This document shows positions 57,000-64,000 of a stretch of DNA of 64,000 bases, piece after piece. The position numbers and the translations under genes are program-made. The notes beneath the pieces were generated by a model. It searched no databases. It was not told the origin of the DNA and saw nothing but the letters and a program-made list of their open reading frames with translations. This stretch comes from Candidatus Micrarchaeota archaeon (GTDB taxonomy: Archaea > Micrarchaeota > Micrarchaeia > Micrarchaeales > CABMGC01). The stretch covers positions 289,252 through 353,251 of the forward strand of contig JAKASP010000001.1 of the NCBI GenBank assembly GCA_021818995.1. The letters run 5' to 3'. Position 1 is the first letter of the stretch; the number at the start of each line of letters is the position of its first letter.

Positions 57000-57587
57000 A
57001 TGGATTTTTGGCACGTTTACGAGGCAGAAAAGACCAAGCCAGAATTCGGCAGCGGCAGGGCGTACATCGCCTCGAGGGAGCGGATACATCTCTCGATGTC
57101 GCACGTGGAGCGCTACAGCACGTTGCTCCCGATGAACCAAGGAATGTTTAGGAAGTTCAGCGAGGAGGCGAGATACGTGATAACTAAGGACCTTACCCAC
57201 GACATACTGGTCTCGATTTACGACGTGAACACCACCGAATCTGTGCTGCTGAGGTTCTCCGAGGCCCTGGGCAACCAGGCCGTAGTAAAGGCCCTTGCCG
57301 CGGTAAAGAGGCTGAAGAAGCCAAACCTCGAGATGCGGGTCATAGGGTTGCAGGACAAGGATACTGAGCTGCTCGCATCCGCCGACAGGCTCTACTCTGC
57401 GGCTAGGCCAGCGCTTGTGGAGGTCGACCTCTTCGGCGCCGAAACGAGGCACATCGCCTTCGATACCAAGCTCGGCATGACCTTCGACCTACTCCTGCTC
57501 AACCGCATCTACAGGCCGCACGAGCTCGCGACAACGATCAGCGCTGACGACTACGCGAAGAGCAAGTCAGAGCTTAAGTTCGTATAG
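57000..57587 (+). CDS. Hypothetical protein, possibly a degenerate CheD-like fold
   Basis: TKDLTHDILVSIYD, LEMRVIG, VDLFGAETRHIAFDTKLG. Confidence 0.6.
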   Translation: MDFWHVYEAEKTKPEFGSGRAYIASRERIHLSMSHVERYSTLLPMNQGMFRKFSEEARYVITKDLTHDILVSIYDVNTTESVLLRFSEALGNQAVVKALAAVKRLKKPNLEMRVIGLQDKDTELLASADRLYSAARPALVEVDLFGAETRHIAFDTKLGMTFDLLLLNRIYRPHELATTISADDYAKSKSELKFV

Positions 57588-58109
57588 TGTTCTGTAGAAC
57601 GGGCCGCTGGGCGTTAGGTCGCTTTCCTTCAGCGCAACAAAAGAGGCTGTGAACGAGCCGAGCGTCGCCTTCGAATTCTTGTCCAGCGCCTCCCTCAGCC
57701 TGCGCATCTCCCCGACGCGCTTCACGCGTGCGATTGTCAGGTGGGGCGTGTAGTCGTTCTCCTTCTCGTACGCGATCTTGTTTGCATCGAGCGCGCTTCC
57801 TAGCTTTGCATAGATCTCGCGCAGCTTGTCGGCTCCTTCGCTCACCTCCACGAATATCACTCTTATGAGCCTGGGCGTGAAGTAAGATACGCCGGAGAGC
57901 GTGACCCTGAAGGGCGCCTGCTTCAGTGTCTTGACCGCAGCAATCGCCTTCTCGGCCTGCTCCGCGTTGATGTCACCGAGAAACTGCAGCGTGAGGTGCA
58001 TGGACTCTTTCTTTACAAGCGTCAGGCCCTCCATCGCGAAGTCCTTTTCCAGGGCCTCGGCCCTGAGTCGTATCTCCTCTGGCACATTCAAGGCGATAAA
58101 CGCGCGCAT
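57567..58109 (-). CDS. thpR: RNA 2',3'-cyclic phosphodiesterase (2H phosphoesterase, LigT/ThpR)
   Basis: MRAFIAL, HLTLQFLG, PHLTIAR, S.LTPSGP.Y. Confidence 0.93.
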   Translation of the reverse strand: MRAFIALNVPEEIRLRAEALEKDFAMEGLTLVKKESMHLTLQFLGDINAEQAEKAIAAVKTLKQAPFRVTLSGVSYFTPRLIRVIFVEVSEGADKLREIYAKLGSALDANKIAYEKENDYTPHLTIARVKRVGEMRRLREALDKNSKATLGSFTASFVALKESDLTPSGPFYRTLYELKL

Positions 58110-58152
58110 AACCAAACCTAATAAAGTTAAGGAAAGAATTGTTTTTGATTGT

Positions 58153-58482
58153 ATGGTTAGCATCGAAGAGTTCAAGAACATAGACATACGCGTGGGCAAG
58201 ATACTCGAGGTTAGCCCCCACGAGAATGCAAGGAATCCGATGTACATACTGCGCATAGACTTCGGGAGCGAAATAGGCGAGCGCACGATAGTGGCTGGGA
58301 TAAGGGACAGGTACGCGAAAGACGAGCTTGAGGGCAAGAAGATAGCCTGCGTTGTCAACCTCGAACCCAAGAGCGTTGCCGGCGTGGTGTCCAATGGCAT
58401 GATACTCGCCGCGGAGAGCGGCGAGGCGCTGTCGGTGCTGGTGCCGGACAAGGACATAGAGCAGGGAAGCAGAGTGCACTAA
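58153..58482 (+). CDS. Standalone OB-fold tRNA-binding protein (Trbp111/CsaA)
   Basis: F..IDIRVGKI, RTIVAGI, VNLEP, SNGMILAA. Confidence 0.9.
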   Translation: MVSIEEFKNIDIRVGKILEVSPHENARNPMYILRIDFGSEIGERTIVAGIRDRYAKDELEGKKIACVVNLEPKSVAGVVSNGMILAAESGEALSVLVPDKDIEQGSRVH

Positions 58483-59025
58483 ATGATAATCTGCATAACC
58501 GGACTGCCTGGTGCAGGGAAGAGCACCGCTGGCAGGATTCTCGGAAGGATGGGCTACAGAGTCTATGAGCTGGGCGACATAGTCAGGGAGATGATGCGAA
58601 AGCAGGGCATAAAACTCACGCCAGAGTCGGACAAGAGGTTCACCACCGAGCTAAGGAGAAAGCACGGTAAGCTTGTCACGGTCAGATATCTGCTGAAAAG
58701 GGTGAGGCTCAGTGGAAATGGCAACATCGTAATCGTCGGAGTGAGGAGCAAGGCAGAACTCGACTACATAAGGAAGCATGCGCGGATAGCGACAGTCGCA
58801 ATTGTCGCACCGGTTAAGCTGAGGTTCGCGCGCATAAAGAGACGCAGGAGGCCAGACGCGCCGAGAACCCTCGCGGAGTTCATCAAGAACAGGGACAGGA
58901 AGGAGGAGAGCTGGGGCGAGCTCGGTGCGATAAAGAGCTCGGACTACATCATATCAGGTGCGGGCACAAACGCGGAGCTGAAACGCGCGATGACCGAGAT
59001 GCTGAGCGCCGAGGGGACATCATGA
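58483..59025 (+). CDS. P-loop kinase, archaeal dephospho-CoA kinase/UPF0200-like
   Basis: ITGLPGAGKST, GDIVRE, GVRS..E, RF.R...R.R.D, RD..E...G. Confidence 0.82.
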   Translation: MIICITGLPGAGKSTAGRILGRMGYRVYELGDIVREMMRKQGIKLTPESDKRFTTELRRKHGKLVTVRYLLKRVRLSGNGNIVIVGVRSKAELDYIRKHARIATVAIVAPVKLRFARIKRRRRPDAPRTLAEFIKNRDRKEESWGELGAIKSSDYIISGAGTNAELKRAMTEMLSAEGTS

Positions 59026-59480
59026 AGAGGTGCATAGTCGGTGGCTGCGTAGTGCTGCACAACGGCCACATCCTGATGCTGAAGCACAAGAAGCTTGGCG
59101 TTTGGCTGTATCCTGGAGGACACCTGGAACAGAACGAGACCCCGATCGATACCGCGCTGAGGGAAACATTCGAGGAGACGGGGCTAAAAGTCAGGATTTT
59201 GGATGCCGGTAAAAACAAAAAAATAAAGGACAAGGTTGCATGGGAGCCTCCTTCTCCGCTGACGATAATGCTGGAAAGAGTGCCGTACAAGGACGGCACG
59301 CACCTGCATTTCGACCTAGTCTATCTAGCTGTGCCGAAGGGCTCGGGCAAAGTGAAGGTGCAAAGAAAAGAGTCGGAAGGCTTCAGGTGGCTCACAAAGA
59401 AGGAACTTGCAGCAATAAACACTTACAAGAACGTTCGCGAGGTCGCCATGCGCGCATTCGACTATGCAAAGGCATTTTAA
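59022..59480 (+). CDS. NUDIX hydrolase
   Basis: H.KLG.WL.PGGHLEQNETP..TALRETFEETG; H.HFD. Confidence 0.9.
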   Translation: MKRCIVGGCVVLHNGHILMLKHKKLGVWLYPGGHLEQNETPIDTALRETFEETGLKVRILDAGKNKKIKDKVAWEPPSPLTIMLERVPYKDGTHLHFDLVYLAVPKGSGKVKVQRKESEGFRWLTKKELAAINTYKNVREVAMRAFDYAKAF

Positions 59481-59501
59481 CTTTAATTGCCATCATCAAC
59501 C

Positions 59502-60344
59502 ATGGCGAGCGGTTTCGCAAAGATGCTGCTTTTCGCAACAGTGTTCTCACTGATGGCGTTTAGCGCCAGCGCCACTTACTTGACTGTGGAAGGCCCGGTA
59601 TCGGCGCTGCTGTATAACAACGGCACCCTCAACGTGGGCAAAGTAGGCCCCGGAGAAAGCTTCTACGTTCTTGCATCTCCAGCAACAGCCAACGCATCAG
59701 GAGTTATAGTGAACATCGGCTGGGACAGGCTCGAGGCGGTGACCCTGCCGAGCGGCTGGTCAGCGCAGCCATCGCCACTTTACGAGAATCCGATGAAGAT
59801 GAAGATCACAGTCGGTTCTACAACGGTTAACGGCACTTACACGATGGTCCTTAGGGCAGTTAACGTCGGCAACTATTCAAAGCTTGGCAACCTCACATTC
59901 ACAGCCGAGATAAACGTTACCCCTGATGTGCTTTCCACTAACGTGACGCCTGTGGACGTGGTCGCCGGGGTAGGCCAGCCGGTAAACCTCAACATAGCGA
60001 TAAACAACACAGGCGCGTCGGACGACCCATTCCTGATAAACGTCTATGGGCTTCCGGCATGGAACCAGCCCACAGAGGTGATTGCCACGCACTCAACATC
60101 CAACACCTACCTCTACCCTATATTCGAAAATGAGCCAGGCGTTTACACCTTCAACCTGACCATAAACTCTACCACCAGCCCGCTCATACACAAGACCTAT
60201 CCGATAACGCTCACCGTGCAGTCAAGCCTGATAAACGACTTCAGCGCCACGGGACAGGGCGTAGTGCTCTCGCCGATAATCTACGAGCCGGCTTACGCTG
60301 TCATGCTTCTGATAAGCGACGTTTACCACCTAATTTTCAAGTAG
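59502..60344 (+). CDS. Secreted or membrane-anchored beta-rich glycoprotein
   Basis: Signal peptide, many N-x-T/S sequons, hydrophobic C-terminus. Confidence 0.75.
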   Translation: MASGFAKMLLFATVFSLMAFSASATYLTVEGPVSALLYNNGTLNVGKVGPGESFYVLASPATANASGVIVNIGWDRLEAVTLPSGWSAQPSPLYENPMKMKITVGSTTVNGTYTMVLRAVNVGNYSKLGNLTFTAEINVTPDVLSTNVTPVDVVAGVGQPVNLNIAINNTGASDDPFLINVYGLPAWNQPTEVIATHSTSNTYLYPIFENEPGVYTFNLTINSTTSPLIHKTYPITLTVQSSLINDFSATGQGVVLSPIIYEPAYAVMLLISDVYHLIFK

Positions 60345-60353
60345 AGCGATCCG

Positions 60354-61043
60354 ATGGATAAGGAGAAGAAGGAAAAGGAAGAAAGCAGGATACTCTATCT
60401 TCGCGCAGAGTCTGCAGAGGACATCTGCAGGTGCGCATGCAAGTTTGACTTCACTTCCGAGACTCTGGTGCTCGCGGAGTCTGGCAAGGGAAACAGGCTC
60501 ATCGCCCTCGGCGAACGCGTCGGCGAAACGCAGATCGCATACTACTCCGCGGTGAAGGGAAGCGGCGGCATAATACTCTATGAGCCTGCCACGCGCGACA
60601 ACAGGGAAAGCATGCAGTTCACTACAGAGACCGACCTCCCCGGCAAGCAGTACATAAACGTGATGCGCGCCGACCTCGGCAAGTTCGCGTCTGCGAGCAC
60701 GATAGACGCCAAGAAGGTGCAGCTGGTCAAGATATCCAAGCCGGAGGACCTTGTCGGCGCTATAATAAGGAAAGCGGCCGGAGATGAGAAGATTGCGAGC
60801 GTGTACGCATTCAACGTTGGAGCGAAGAGGATGATCGGCGCGTTCGATGTTCTCGATTCGCTCTCGAACGACAAGCCCGCGTTCTTCTACGCGGATGCCG
60901 GCGCGGCGAATCGCGGAAACTTCGCAAGGTACGATTACAGAAGCAACGTTCTCGACTTCGCGAACATGATGGAGGGCCACGCGTACATGTACGCAAAGGT
61001 AATCAATCTTGCAGAACCATTCCCATTCCTTAGCAGCAAATGA
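60354..61043 (+). CDS. Hypothetical protein
   Basis: 229 aa; same orientation and close spacing as upstream genes. Confidence 0.75.
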   Translation: MDKEKKEKEESRILYLRAESAEDICRCACKFDFTSETLVLAESGKGNRLIALGERVGETQIAYYSAVKGSGGIILYEPATRDNRESMQFTTETDLPGKQYINVMRADLGKFASASTIDAKKVQLVKISKPEDLVGAIIRKAAGDEKIASVYAFNVGAKRMIGAFDVLDSLSNDKPAFFYADAGAANRGNFARYDYRSNVLDFANMMEGHAYMYAKVINLAEPFPFLSSK

Positions 61044-61080
61044 GAAGAATTATTAGGTGTTAAGAACAATCCTATCTCGT

Positions 61081-61155
61081 GCCCGAATAGCTCAGTGGTA
61101 GAGCGAGCGGCTGTTAACCGCTAGGTCGCAGGTCCAATCCCTGCTTCGGGCGCCA
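61081..61155 (+). tRNA. tRNA-Asn(GTT), CCA encoded
   Basis: Cloverleaf, loop CT-GTT-AA, G73; atypical T-loop TCCAATC. Confidence 0.93.
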
Positions 61156-61197
61156 TATTTTAACAACAGATAAATATTTTGCGCACGCAGTATTGCC

Positions 61198-61326
61198 ATG
61201 GCAAAGAAAGCAAAGAGGATGAGCCACAAGAAATCCGAGGCAGAGTGCTGCATGAATTGCTGCTCGTGCTGCGACTGTGGCGAATGCTCAGGCAGAAAGA
61301 TGAAGTGCAACTGCGACTGCTGCTGA
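61198..61326 (+). CDS. Metallothionein-like Cys-rich microprotein (42 aa, not in the ORF track)
   Basis: MAKKAKRMSHKKSEAECCMNCCSCCDCGECSGRKMKCNCDCC; 12 Cys, no aromatic residues. Confidence 0.72.
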   Translation: MAKKAKRMSHKKSEAECCMNCCSCCDCGECSGRKMKCNCDCC

Positions 61327-61402
61327 ATCGCGCAACGCGACAGCTATGCATTCAACTGCTCACCGGCAGTCAACGCCGGTTAGAATACGCGCGGATCTTT
61401 TT

Positions 61403-61546
61403 TTACTTTCCGCCAATCCTGAACATCTTTGTGCCGCAGACAGGGCATGTTCCTTGCATCGCCTTCCTGCCACTCTTCATAGTCACTTCCTTCGCGTCCT
61501 TCATCTCCCTCTTCTGCTTGCACTTAACGCAATATGCTTCTACCAT
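61403..61546 (-). CDS. DUF5679-like small zinc-ribbon protein (47 aa, not in the ORF track)
   Basis: MVEAYCVKCKQKREMKDAKEVTMKSGRKAMQGTCPVCGTKMFRIGGK. Confidence 0.85.
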   Translation of the reverse strand: MVEAYCVKCKQKREMKDAKEVTMKSGRKAMQGTCPVCGTKMFRIGGK

Positions 61547-61587
61547 AGTCTCACGAGAGTTTATTGCACAGATAGCAATAAAAAGCC

Positions 61588-62361
61588 TCAGCTAGGGCGC
61601 CAGCCCGACCTGTATGCGGCGTAGGCCAGGTTTCCGACAAGCAGAGCAAGCAAAATCGAGTATGTTACTCCATAGCTTGCCAGCAGCATGTACACCACTG
61701 CGATCCCCGCACCGAAAGCCGCCTGCAGCCTTTTGTCATGCGGAGAGGTCTTTGGCTCAGCGACCATTATGAACGCGAAGAAGAAGTTTATCCCTAAAAG
61801 CGAAACGACCAGGCTCTGAGGCGAAGGTACCGAATGGGACAACAAGATTGCCATAACGAATGCAGCCGCAACGAACGAAACCGAAGCCGTAAGCCTGTGC
61901 GCCTTGTACGCCGCTATGGCCAGGATCGGAGTTATGGTCAAGGCGAGCCCCAGAACGTTGAAGTTGGCCGCGGCCCACCAGTCGTCGCCCACAGAGAACA
62001 GGAATAGGGCGATCAGAAGGCCGAATGCCGCAGGGTTGAACACGTTCCCGCGTTTTGTCTTGATGAAGTGCTTTGACATAAGTGCAATGATTACTGCGAA
62101 CAGCACCAAAGGGAGCGGAGCGTTGAGCGGCGCAACAGATCCGATTATCAGGCCTGTGATTACTGCAGAAACAGGAAACCTGAGAGCTCGTCTGAGGTAC
62201 ATCCTCTCAATAAACGCGTCTATCGCCACCGCCACGGCCACCGCGAGCACGAGCGGGAGCGGAAACTGCGCAGATGCGTAACTCGCAGATCCTACGACCA
62301 AAATGAGCAGGGCGATTGCCCATAAGTACATAGAGCCTATGTTCTGCCCCATTAATTTCAT
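61588..62361 (-). CDS. Standalone RnfD/NqrB-like membrane protein
   Basis: SAVITGLII, SKH...NVFNPAAFG, FFFAFIMVAEPKTSP. Confidence 0.8.
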   Translation of the reverse strand: MKLMGQNIGSMYLWAIALLILVVGSASYASAQFPLPLVLAVAVAVAIDAFIERMYLRRALRFPVSAVITGLIIGSVAPLNAPLPLVLFAVIIALMSKHFIKTKRGNVFNPAAFGLLIALFLFSVGDDWWAAANFNVLGLALTITPILAIAAYKAHRLTASVSFVAAAFVMAILLSHSVPSPQSLVVSLLGINFFFAFIMVAEPKTSPHDKRLQAAFGAGIAVVYMLLASYGVTYSILLALLVGNLAYAAYRSGWRPS

Positions 62362-62364
62362 AAT

Positions 62365-62796
62365 TCAACCTACGAGATAGCCGTTGGGGTCTACGAGCAC
62401 GAAGCCATCGTCGGCACGCGATGAGTCAAAGCCGCCGCCGTCATCGCCGAATGATGTCTCCACAACGTACAGCTTGTATCCTGGCTTAACTACCACGCTT
62501 TGGGTCGCATTTGTTCCGTTCACGGATATGGTTATGTTCACCGAGCCGTCAGAGAACGCGGTCTTCTGCATAGTGTATCCGACAAGGGCGTCCTTTGCCT
62601 GATATGTCAGGTTGTTTCCCGAAATAAGGTAAGAATAGGGCGCAAACTGCGAAGTCGCGAACGCTATCGGAGCAGTGGTGGTGCTGCTGTTGGCCTGCTG
62701 CTGCGTCCCGCTTCCGCTGATGCTCATCAAAGCGAACGCGAGAGAAGCCAAAACAATTACCAAGACAGCCCCGACCGCAATAAGCCTCGTTTCCAT
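62365..62796 (-). CDS. Membrane-anchored exported protein
   Basis: N-terminal TM, S/T linker, acidic C-terminal loop; ends 3 nt upstream of the RnfD-like gene. Confidence 0.75.
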   Translation of the reverse strand: METRLIAVGAVLVIVLASLAFALMSISGSGTQQQANSSTTTAPIAFATSQFAPYSYLISGNNLTYQAKDALVGYTMQKTAFSDGSVNITISVNGTNATQSVVVKPGYKLYVVETSFGDDGGGFDSSRADDGFVLVDPNGYLVG

Positions 62797-62885
62797 GGAA
62801 TCATTTGAAAAGCGTGCTTTAAATCACTGCCGTTTCATTTCGGCTCTTATAAACATTTATCTATATTGCAACCTTATTATTCCTC

Positions 62886-62960
62886 GGGCCCGTAACTCAG
62901 CTTGGCCAGAGTAGCGGCCTTTTAAGCCGACAGTCGCGGGTTCAAATCCCGCCGGGCCCA
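62886..62960 (+). tRNA. tRNA-Lys(TTT)
   Basis: Cloverleaf, loop CT-TTT-AA; directly upstream of lysS. Confidence 0.95.
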
Positions 62961-62969
62961 CGTGATCAC

Positions 62970-64000
62970 ATGCAGGAAAGGAGCAAAGAAGAGCTGAAGG
63001 ACAAGCACTGGTCAGAGATACTCGCAGGAAGGGTCATATCAGAGAAGAGGGCCCCCTACGTGCTCACCGGCGGCATGACCACTAGCGGCCCGGCCCACAT
63101 GGGCACCGTGTGCGAATTCCTGTATCCGTCGGTCCTGCGCGAAGCTATCGAGAAGGAAGGGAAAAGCTCAGAACTTTTCTTCATCGCGGATATCTTCGAC
63201 GCATTTGATGGCATACCGGAGGAGCTCAAAAAATATGAGAAGGTTCTTACGCCGGAGCTTGGCAAACCGCTTTCAAATGTCATCGACCCGCTCGGATGCC
63301 ATTCCTCTTTCGGAGAGCACTATCTCGCCCAGGCGACGGAGATAATGCAGAAGATGGAGCTAAAGCTCAACCTCGTCAGGGCGCCGGAGCTGTATTCGAG
63401 CGGCAGCTTTGACAGATTCGCCGTCTTGTTCCTGAAGGAGGAGGAGAAGGTGAAGGAGGTCGTGGCCCGGACATCGCTCAGGAAGGTCGAGGACCTAAAG
63501 AACTGGAGCCCGATAATGCCTGTCTGCGCCAGTTGCGGCAAGATAGCCACAACAAGGGTCACGTGGCACGACTTGGAGAGCTACGAATATGCGTGCGACG
63601 TTGATGTGAAGTACACGAAAGGCTGCGATTACAAGGGCAAGGCAAAGATAAGCGACCACAAGTACAAACTTCAGTGGAGGCTGCACTGGCCATCATGGCA
63701 GGCGCACTTCAACTCCGTGGCAGAGGGCAGCGGCGTCGACCACATGACCAGGGGTGGAAGCGCAGACACGTCAGTCGCTATACACAAAGAGATACTCGAT
63801 CGCGAGCCTCCGATACTGTTCAAGTATGGGTTCGTGCTGCTGCACGGCAAGAAATACTCGAAGTCAAAGGGGATAGGGATGGGCGCGCTCGAGATAATGA
63901 GGTTGATGCCTCCAGAAGTGCTGAAGTACGTGCTCATACTCCCCAACCAGGAGCAGAACAAGAACATAGACCCAGAGGGAAACGGGCTCATCGATCTCTA
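62970..64000 (+). CDS. lysS: Class I lysyl-tRNA synthetase (partial, runs off the window)
   Basis: HW, TTSGPAHMGT (HIGH-like), IDPLGCH.SF.EH, KLQWRLHWP.W, G.DH...GGS, KYSKSKG. Confidence 0.95.
   Translation, partial: MQERSKEELKDKHWSEILAGRVISEKRAPYVLTGGMTTSGPAHMGTVCEFLYPSVLREAIEKEGKSSELFFIADIFDAFDGIPEELKKYEKVLTPELGKPLSNVIDPLGCHSSFGEHYLAQATEIMQKMELKLNLVRAPELYSSGSFDRFAVLFLKEEEKVKEVVARTSLRKVEDLKNWSPIMPVCASCGKIATTRVTWHDLESYEYACDVDVKYTKGCDYKGKAKISDHKYKLQWRLHWPSWQAHFNSVAEGSGVDHMTRGGSADTSVAIHKEILDREPPILFKYGFVLLHGKKYSKSKGIGMGALEIMRLMPPEVLKYVLILPNQEQNKNIDPEGNGLIDL

Noticed and set aside
61179..61595. 138-aa plus-strand ORF from the track
   Set aside because: It overlaps two better-supported small ORFs (metallothionein-like and DUF5679-like) and has no protein-like features.

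Overview
Archaeal chromosomal window, densely coded and mostly housekeeping. It is most consistent with a DPANN archaeon, probably Micrarchaeota; this is an inference from PolD, class I LysRS, AglB, a non-canonical tRNA intron and DPANN-style pilins. It carries aminoacyl-tRNA synthetases (hisS, alaS, metG, partial lysS), PolD DP1/DP2, thermosome, secY, two rearranged ribosomal-protein clusters and a minimal type IV pilus locus. RNA genes are six tRNAs (two with introns), the SRP RNA and a box C/D sRNA. No CRISPR array, integrase or transposase was seen. Most notable observations: (1) a tRNA-Pro with an A34 anticodon (AGG) and a T-loop intron; (2) two genes, including MetRS, that appear to start at ATC behind a perfect GGAGGTG Shine-Dalgarno; (3) a 42-aa, 12-Cys metallothionein-like microprotein missed by the ORF track; (4) an SRP RNA apparently lacking helix 6; (5) an AdoMetDC-family gene with an altered self-cleavage site and a putative leader uORF; (6) a DUF929-CxC membrane protein-V4R-secY operon; (7) a tandem pair of unknown paralogs downstream of the pilus genes. 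All family assignments are from motif recognition by eye, not database searches.
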